DNA of 57,240 bases, counting the filler, from Sphacelaria rigidula (taxonomy: Eukaryota): assembly GCA_964200075.2 (NCBI GenBank). It is 5 parts of 5 records of this genome, joined end to end, with 100 filler letters (N's around TTAATTAATTAA, not from the genome) between each part and the next. Parts side by side here need not be neighbours in the genome. Positions count along the whole stretch, not along the records: positions 45,874 to 57,240 come from CAXNAA020005014.1; 4 more parts are not named here. One strand, written 5' to 3'. Shown here one piece after another: positions 48,901-57,240 of the stretch. Position 1 is the first letter of the stretch. Each line of letters opens with the position of its first letter. A model generated the notes under the pieces. It had not been told where the DNA came from. It worked only from the letters and a program-made list of their open reading frames with translations, and searched no databases. Position numbers and translations under genes: made by a program.

Positions 48901-50690
48901 GAGGTACAGGCAGTTTCTGCAGCGTGGAGTGGGAGTTCAACCATGCGGCGGGACAAACTGAACAATCAGTTGCTGTGTCTACGGTAATATCGCTTACATG
49001 AACTGGACCAAGTGATCCTGAGAGACGCGTCTCGAGGAAAACGCAAGTGACAAAGGTCCACGATGTGTACTCAGCGAGATGTACCAAGATGTGTGTGTCA
49101 TATTTACTTTCAGCATCGGGCGCGGGGGGCGGATGATCGAAGGGGTCATGCGCAAGCGTGATAGACGGGGCTACAGTACCAGTTCTTGACCTTTTCCGAG
49201 GTAGACAAGACGGAATAGTCACGTTTGACGGAACGGCTGGTGTAACAGTAGCAACAGATGATACATGAGATGAGCCAGATGGGACAGAGTGACGTGGCCT
49301 TTCGGTAAGATTGATTGAAGCACTGGAGCCAACTGTCAGTACCATTATACCGTGAAACGTGTTGGGCAAATACACACACTGAAGGACTGAAATACATGAT
49401 TTACGCTGTCTAGCGTTCGATGACGCTACCAACTTTGCAACCCGGGAAGTAGAGTGAAAGACACATAGCAACCTTTTCAAACTCCGAGGCTGACGTAATG
49501 TATGACATTTTCTACAATAGCCCCCCCCCCAAAAGAGTGCTTGGTTTGGGGAGGCAGAATCTTCGCGTAAATCGAAATGGAAACTCACACGCTTGGCTTC
49601 GTTCTCGCCAATGTCGCCCACATGAGGCGCTTCATACAGCCTGAACCCAAATATCAGCCGCTGTATGTCCATTGTTTTCGCGGCACTCGTAACAAATGTC
49701 CTGACAATGGTACACGGCAACACAGAAGAACAAGGCCAACTGATGGGAAACGATCGCCGTGGAGCTGACGCAAATATAATGTTAACTATAACTCGAACCA
49801 CACTTGAGTGAAATCGACTTTACTCGAGTCGACTACACGGGTATAGATGACAGAGAGCAGCAGGGACAATAACCCGCAAGATACTGACCTGTCAGTCGGG
49901 TACCGCAACGGTACACCTTTCGTTGCATACTAATGTTCTGCCCTGTGTACTTCTATACTTGCCCTAGTTTGTCGCAGCTGTTGTAGCTGAGATGCCGGCG
50001 AGGGTGACTTCTTTGAAAGATCCGTGCTATCAGCGATGAGAGTTCTGTCGTAGATCTTCATGACTAGCCGATGTGATAGCCAACGGACGGGAAATTGACA
50101 AGACAGGCGACATGGTGGTGTATCCAGCGACCTTGAAGCAGATGGAGCGCATCAATCAGGCCAGTTGACACCGACGCTGACGTTCATGAGCAGCTACACG
50201 GAAAAGAAGGCGGAGAGAAGCCGGAGGCTCTGAGCTTCGAGAAGAGACGATTGACACTGAGTGACGAGCTAACGTGGTTGAGATCGCTACCGTCAAGACG
50301 CCAATAGAAGACACAGGCCCGCGGGCAGCGGGTGTGACATATCTAACCCAGACGGTGTGTGTGTGTAGGCTGTAGCTTCTCACTCGGTGAAATAGTTCGG
50401 AGTGTGCGGAGCCGCGACGTGGACCTGAACGGGACGGACTTTGCAAGGCAGTTCTTGGGTTAAAACTTATAGTGGCCGGGTTGGGGGGCTCCGGACGGGG
50501 AGCCTCCCAGGCGGGATTATGAAGAGCCCAGACTGGGGATTGGAGGACGACAATCGCAGGGTGACAGGCCCGGGAAGACAGTCCGGGTTGACTAGGCCGG
50601 AGATATACGTAAGCGGCTAGGGTCATGTAGAGGTCATAAAAACGGTAAACTCTACCATAATAGCGACAGTCGGACCATTGCACCACAAGG
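45945..50690 (-). mobile_element. Degenerate Ty3/Gypsy LTR retrotransposon (gag-PR-RT-RH-INT order)
   Basis: Protease ITVDTATDCSV (~48960). RT motifs YRSNPR, FCVDYRN, KTVFTTPFDIYVFLRM. RNase H VHMDASE, YTDDQAL, HIPGKSNIVPDALSR. Integrase zinc finger VVPITLRSLVIHACH...GGHL...IRDRYWWP. Confidence 0.9.
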
Positions 50691-50699
50691 GCGCGGCGC

Positions 50700-52620
50700 C
50701 CCCTGTCATGCGAATTCTATACGGCGACCCGGGAATTCCGTCACTGACGACAACTTCGTCTCACGAGACAGCAATACCTTCGATAACGCAGGATTCGCCC
50801 ATTCCGTACAGCTCCCGCCTCCATACCGCGCCTACCAACAACAACAGTCACCCCCACGTCATTCCTACCACCAGCAACAGCCACCCCAACAGTATGCCTA
50901 CCATCAGCAACCCCCGTTCCAAGACTACCAACCACACCACCAGCGGCTATACCCTCATTACTATCGTTCTCATCAGTGCACCCCACACCAACAACAACTG
51001 TAATGCGTGAGAAGACCGCGTGCTCAGAGGACAGCGCCGTAGTACAAAGCACCCCAGGATTGATGTTTTTCGAAACCAGTCGGGCCAGTCCCTGCAGGAA
51101 CCACGCCCCTGAACATAACCCCAACACTAACCCTGACCCTAACCCCAACGATAGGGATGTTCAAATTCAGATACGATCCTCTCAGCACGCGATTCTCTCA
51201 CGCATTAGAAGCAACACCAAGCTGCAGCCCCCCCTTCGACTTCAGCATCGCCTGCCGATGCGTCACAAGGGCCGGAGCATCTGCAGTTGTTGAAGGCGCG
51301 TGCCATGCCCGAAGGCGGATCTCATTTTCGGCGTGGTAGTCTTGATTCGCGCAAGTATGACGTGCTACGTAGTGGGACTGCATCGAGTAGGGGTGACAAT
51401 GCGGAGAAGTGGATTGCGGATACGCGTGCTTCATACTACGTCGTACGGAATATGGATGGCGTTTTGAATCACAAATCCCTCCTCAGGGCATCGGGAACGT
51501 TACTATGGGTGACCGGACCACATTCCCAGTCAAGGCAGTAGGTAGTCTGAATTTCAAGATTCCAAATGAGATCTACAGATTTTCCTGCTCCCCCCACAGA
51601 CCTTTCTGTCCAGCTGACTGACGTCTACGTCGTAGAAGGTGTCAAGTTTAGTATTTTCTCCCTTCATCACGTGCAGAAGCGACATGATATCGTCCTAAAT
51701 TCGACTGGGGTTCATATGTTGAATGGCGGGTTACGCTTTCACCTTACTTTGCGATCTCCATCGCAGTTGGCCACGCGTCTCTTTAACCCACATGGCCGTT
51801 TTGTGGCGCCTACAACCGCAACCCCTTTATTCCCCCATAGCGATAAGGATTCTACTGCGTCTGTAGAGCTTCGTCCTTCGCCTGGAACCCCGACATTGAG
51901 TAGTGGAACTCGTTTTCCCCTTACTCCTGTAGCTTCTCGTTCCCCCACGAGCGAGGTTGGTTTCGTTTCAACCGCAGAGTTTGGTCTCCCTACTACTGTA
52001 GAGTCTCGTTCCCCACGAGTAAGATTGATTCCGCTTCTACCCTAGAGTTTGATCTCCATACTAGAATTGAGTCTCGTGCCCGCACGAGTGAGATTGGTCC
52101 TACTTCTACAGGTAGAGTTTGATCTCGCTACTACTGTAGAGTCTTCCCCGTTTCCGCTGAGTCTGGTTTCTTGCGTGCTACGGTGGAGGCTTCACAGACA
52201 ACTGCCCAGTCTGTTTTCGATGAGTCTGATTCCCAGCGTTCTACTCTGGAATGTTCACCGGCGCATCATCCATCTACGGCTACTGTGGCATGTTGTTCCC
52301 GTACAATTGAAGTATAATTTTTTATGGAACCCCCAAGTGAGGGAAGAGATATTTCAAACTCTGCTGCTGTGCCGCCGCTACCATAATTTCCCACTGCATC
52401 ACCGCAGGCATCGGGTACAAATCCCACGAAGTCATCGGTATCGCAGTCGGCAACATCTCTTCATGCGTGACGTCGTCGGTGCTGGTGGAATTGAGCAGGG
52501 GGGCGGTGCCGGTGGAATGGAGTAAGGAAACGATGCCGATTGAATGGAGCAGGGGGGCGGAATCGGTTGAAGGAGGCAAGGGATCGCGTGGGCGTGGAGG
52601 AATGCGGAGGTCGGAGATAG
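50700..52620 (+). mobile_element. Degenerate Ty1/Copia gag-protease region
   Basis: Q/H/P-rich gag-like stretch, then protease motifs WIADTRASYYV (DSGA-like), VTMGDRTTFPVKAVGSL and LTDVYVVEGVKFSIFSL at 51410-51670. Confidence 0.78.
50999..51208. mobile_element. TIR element with (CCCTAA)-like core inserted in Copia gag
   Basis: Ends TAATGCGTGAGAAGACCGCGTGCT / AGCACGCGATTCTCTCACGCATTA. Confidence 0.75.
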
Positions 52621-53984
52621 ATTTGGGGGATAGTAAACTCCAAATGTGGCCATTCAAATGTTTACTCGTTGACTGCTCCAGCTTGCTGGTAGATTTCACT
52701 TCGGTTCTGGACAAGGCTTCGGACCATTTGGTTCTGAATAATAGCGCATGAATGTGACGGTAATACGTGAGAGGACGGCATGCTTAGAGTACCGCATCGG
52801 AGTTCAAACACCCCTGTGGTTAGGGATAGGTTTAGGGTTAGGGTTAGCGTTGGGGTTGGGATCTGTTACAGGTTTATTGGTCATGTTCCAGTCGACTGGG
52901 TTCCATTTGTCATACTTTGTCATGCCTGGTACCTGATGGGTCATACTACATTGTTTGTTTGGATTGATTTTGCCGCCTCCCTTGGGTCACAGCGTTTTGG
53001 ACTATGCATCTTAACTAGCAAAGCACAAGTTAGCCCGTACGCTAATAATACAAGAGCACCTACGCCATGACGGACTGCTATCTCAGAGGATTCTCTGGTC
53101 TTCACAAATGTAAGCCTGATCTTCATGCAACATATGTTGTGCTGCAGCCTGCGCGGCTCATGGCATGCCACCTGACCACTGGTGCGGTGGCTGACTTTAC
53201 ACTTGGTAACGTCGAGCTCACTGGCTTCGATACTAATGATTGTGTTTGGGCCCGCTAGCCCCTGTGCCCACTGAACTGGCATCTTCCTACCTAGGTGGTG
53301 AGTATCGTACCATGACATGGTGTCCAACCCTTGCTTGTGTAGAGTCAATACTGGCATGCTCCGACCACAAACCTTCGGAGGAGAGGGTTTTGCTGGCGCG
53401 TGGGTCGGATCAGGTAAAATATTACTTCTTTTATATAGAGTAAATAGTGTGCCTGTTCACAAATTGTAGTGTCCACAGCGTATCTTACCTGCAACAAAAT
53501 TCAGCATGTAGTAGACAATGCTTTTGAAGTTCGCAACTTTGTGTCACTGCGATGTTCGGAGAGCATGTACAGTGTACTATGAGAGCATATGCAGTGTACT
53601 ATGATGGAATGCTGCTTCGGCTCTTCGTACTCTATTGTTCTGTCTACCTACCATACGCACGTTGAGCATAAGTAGTTGAGTGTGTGCTATGTAGTTTGTT
53701 TTGCCCCGTGGGTGCCCTGTGCTCCGTTCCCGCCGCATTGCACTTCGTTACATGCAACCCATGCAGTGCGCCACCAACGGCTTTATGCATGAGCTCATCC
53801 GGGATGGTTCATCAGCACGCCACTGCAGACGTCCAAATCAAAAGTGAAATAACCTAGCCAAAACAATTGATGAAAGGCATTAAGGTCGAACGAAATTGCA
53901 CGAGTCAACGAACCAGAGGGCCTACAATTACGTCGGGGCGTTTCGGGACATCAGGCTCCAGACAGCTGCGGAAGCTGTGCAGCC

Positions 53985-54221
53985 GCGTCGTTGTTGTATG
54001 TTGTTGTGTATTTTCGCCGTTGTTGTGGTTTTCGCTGTTGTTGTGTGCTGCTGTTTGTCGCTGCCGTGCCGCCGCTGTGTGTTGCTGCTGCTCGCCGCAC
54101 GGCTGTGCTGTTTTTCTGTGCTGCTCTTCGCCGCGCAGCTGCTGTGTGTCGTTGGTTGTTGCTGCTCTGCGTTGTTGATGCTGCTGCTGCTGCTGTTGTT
54201 GTCGCTGTTGCCTATTACTAC

Positions 54222-54284
<63 letters not shown>

Positions 54285-54306
54285 ATGTTGTTGCTGCTGC
54301 TGCTGT
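53985..54306. repeat. (GTT)n/(GCT)n low-complexity tract
   Basis: Perfect (GTT)n at ~54222-54284 within a degenerate trimer region. Confidence 0.95.
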
Positions 54307-54840
54307 TTCCACCGTGCTTCCTGCTACCCTGGTTGGCTGTTATTGTCCCGCTTGTTGAGTTGTTTTTGCCTCTACCGCCTACTGTCGGCTGTACTTTTCT
54401 CGCTCCCTATCACATCGCATGTTGTCATGTGCACGTGCATTTTCCGCCTTCATGTCCTTTATGAACCTTGCTTCGATCTGATCGCACAGTTTTTGTGTTG
54501 TCATTGTCGCGTGCATTGTATCACCTTCGCCTGACCTACACCTGGTAAGCCATAATATCATCGCTTAACCTAACCAGCAATGATCGTGTTCTAGACATTC
54601 TCTATATTATCCCGGCAGTTTTATTGCAAAACAACCCACCATGATCAGTATGTACTTTTTTCCGGGGTTGCATTTGTATTGTGGCCACGAGGATTTGTGG
54701 AATGCACATGCAGTAAAGCTTCCATTTTATTTTGATCTTGTTTGCTTTTCTTTCATCTTACATACTCATATTGTCTGCATCTCCGGGTGTCGCGTCTACC
54801 ATAACTGTCTTTTGAGCCCCTCGATTGTATTTTGAGTGCT

Positions 54841-55270
54841 TTATATTTTTGCGCCGCCGTCGTCGTGCGCTTTCGAGCTGCACTATTTTTCATTTCATGT
54901 TCTGGAAATTCTGTATATTATTTTGATTGTCTTATCATTTGCGCCGCCGTCGTCTCGCTCTTTCGAGCTGCACTATTTTTCTTTTCATGTTCTGAAAGTT
55001 CTATATATTTTTTTCATTGTCTTATCATTTGCGCCGCCGTCGTCTTGCTCTTTCGAGCTGCACTATTTCCATTTCATGTTCTGGAAATTCTGTATTTTAC
55101 TTTGATTGTCTTATCATTTGCGCCGCCGTCGTCTCGCTCTTTCGAGCTGCACTATTTTTCTTTTCATGTGCTGGAAATTCTGTATTTTATTTTGATTGTC
55201 TTATCATTTGCGCCACCATCATCTTGCTCTTTCGAGCTGCACTATTTTTCATTTCATGTCCTGGAAATTT
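54841..55270. repeat. 90-bp tandem repeat, ~4.8 copies
   Basis: CTTATCATTTGCGCCGCCGTCGTC... starts at 54931, 55021, 55110 and 55200, plus a diverged first unit. Confidence 0.95.
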
Positions 55271-55779
55271 ATTGTTGTGTTTGACGCTCGCTTTTTTTTT
55301 TTTTGACCGTGCGGGTGTAGGCTATCTGCAGTGTCTTGTCTGTTGCGCTGCCTGTACTCATCATTCTTGAGCAGAATTCCGCTTGTAATCGTTTCACCTA
55401 TCTGGCTCGCAAGGCCGAAACTCCGAATTTACCGCCCGGCACATGACATTCCGATCTGCGTCACGTGGTATAAAACCGAGCCATATTTTCACTGACTCCA
55501 AGACTTTCGACGCACACTAAGCGTGCCCTCTATTACTTCCTCCCTTGTCCCACCTACACTCTTGCCTTGAGTATGTCACACACATCCCGATGAGGGGACC
55601 GGCGCTGAACGTGATCGCTTTGGGGAGGACACGCAGGAAACTATGAACAGTTTGCTCATGACGGTATGTTCCGGCGTGGAGTGTCAGCAAATCTGGCTTG
55701 GTATTGCTAATCCCGTGTACCTTTTTATAGGATTCTGGTGGCAGGGTTATTGCCTCGGTGTCACTTGACATGATCTCCA

Positions 55780-56800
55780 TTTTTATCCCACTCTGGTGAT
55801 CGATTGTATAGATTTTCTATTCAACAGGTTGACTTCTTGACGCACCCTGTACCGTAGTTGACTACTACCTTGTTCCTTGCTGATACCGTAGGTGGATACT
55901 ACTTTGTTCAGGTGTTTTAAACTTGGCTTTCGATACCATGCAATCATAAATATTTTCGTGCAATGTCTTGTCATTACTTATGCAGTACGTAGGCTTAGTT
56001 GCCCTACTTTATCTTTTTGCCCTTCATGTCTAGCGTACCATGCAAGGTGACTGCCAAATATTTTCGTGCAATGTCTTGCCATTACTTATGCAGTACGCAG
56101 ACTTAGTCGCCCTGCTTTATCTTTTTACCCTTCATGTCTAGCGTAACATGCAAGGTGACTGCGCGACTACATACCGTGTCTTTGACATTTCCTACAGACC
56201 CTACATATGGTTTTCAGACACTCATTCCGCCGATGTGGTCGCTGAACCCCCTTGGAGGGGGCGAAGCACGAGTTCCATATTTTTGCTGGTTGTTGTCTCG
56301 CGTGCACACCCTTTGTCACAAAACAACGCGGCTTCCCACCATGAGAACGCCGCATGATTAGAAAAGAAATGCACAAGCTTCTTGACCGAGGTGTTGCTCA
56401 CCCAACTTTCCCCGGTAAAGTTTGCCGACTACACGATTTTATGTTCAGTAAAATTCGCCAAGTTCACCAAATATATCTTTACTGCAGGGTCTCACAGGTT
56501 CCTTAACCTGTTAATCGATAATACCGGCATACCACTAGCCCCCTCCAAATGCAACGCAATTGCTCAGACGTCACGTCCATACAATCGAAAAACTACGTTC
56601 GTTTATAAAAGCCACCAGGTACCTTGGACAGTTTGTCCAGGAGCGTAGCATTCTAGTCGCCCTGCTGACCGATATTCTGAATAAGTAGGAAAGCCAACAG
56701 TATTGCTGTACGATGTAGGTAAACGCGCGCTCTCCTTTTGCTGCCAAACTCTTGTGCCGTACAACGGCAGCAAGACTTCACCACCACAATCCTGTCGTCT
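55780..56800 (-). mobile_element. Highly decayed Copia reverse transcriptase remnant
   Basis: Frameshifted minus-strand pieces DIFGELGEFY (KDLGEL-like), LGQEA (LSQ-like), VGQL...TR/DIA...KPSLKHLNKV...LRYQQGT (LRYLKGT-like). Confidence 0.5.
55949..56162. repeat. Near-identical ~107-bp tandem duplication
   Basis: aaatattttcgtgcaatgtcttg...catgcaaggtgactgc occurs twice with few substitutions. Confidence 0.93.
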
Positions 56801-57240
56801 CATGGTGGCTCAGCTAGGATATGGCATACGAACTAGACTCTCGCACAATGAGCATCAATGTACAAGTCATGCGTGTGAGGGCATGTTTCTTGTCATTTCT
56901 GTGCTTTGTCTCGGTATATTTAGTACAACGTACCTCATCATTATATATTTACTCAGCATGCCTTGGCTATTATATTTTCGCCATGATTATGTCTACAGTT
57001 TCACAGGATTCGAGAACCTAAGGGGACGGCTGCTGAAAAGGTTACAGAATTGTACAAATCTTGGCCCCAGAGAGAGTACGTTTCACGCATACTCTTGCGC
57101 AGTCGTACTCTACCCGACGACCTGACGCCATGCTACCGTCTGACACATTCCCCTTCGAGCTCTGGACTGGCCGTAAACATTACACACGTACCACCGCTGT
57201 CTCAATAGCAAGAAGTTCCTTCCATATCCGCCCACCCCAT

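Noticed and set aside
48770..49801. 343-aa ORF as a gene
   Set aside because: Chance read-through from an inserted MITE into the decayed Gypsy protease
52818..52861. True telomere
   Set aside because: Short, degenerate, internal, and part of a repeated TIR element
53867..54534. Poly-Asn/Gln, poly-Val and poly-Cys ORFs
   Set aside because: Stop-free frames produced by the (GTT)n/(GCT)n microsatellite

Overview
Eukaryotic, repeat-rich DNA, most likely from a brown alga (inferred from an intron-rich mannuronan C5-epimerase gene). The window is not one locus. It is five scaffolds of 11369, 11368, 11368, 11368 and 11367 bp, sorted by length and joined by 100-bp N linkers that contain TTAATTAATTAA. 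Two intact-looking protein-coding units are supported. One is an intronless ORF with an all-Cys PHD/ADD-like finger and a non-canonical bromodomain (4003-5268). The other is the last seven exons of a mannuronan C5-epimerase (23200-32006, 5' part off the contig). Most of the rest is decayed mobile DNA: RTE and other LINEs, tRNA-derived SINEs, Gypsy and Copia remnants, a pogo-like transposase, a Helitron end, MITEs and satellites. The most striking non-coding structures are three. (i) Three different TIR elements are filled with ~42-bp arrays built from their own subterminal motif. (ii) A C-tailed LINE family carries antisense copies of its own 3' end inserted next to G-runs. (iii) A ~1-kb foldback lies in an epimerase intron. 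All calls were made by eye, without database searches.
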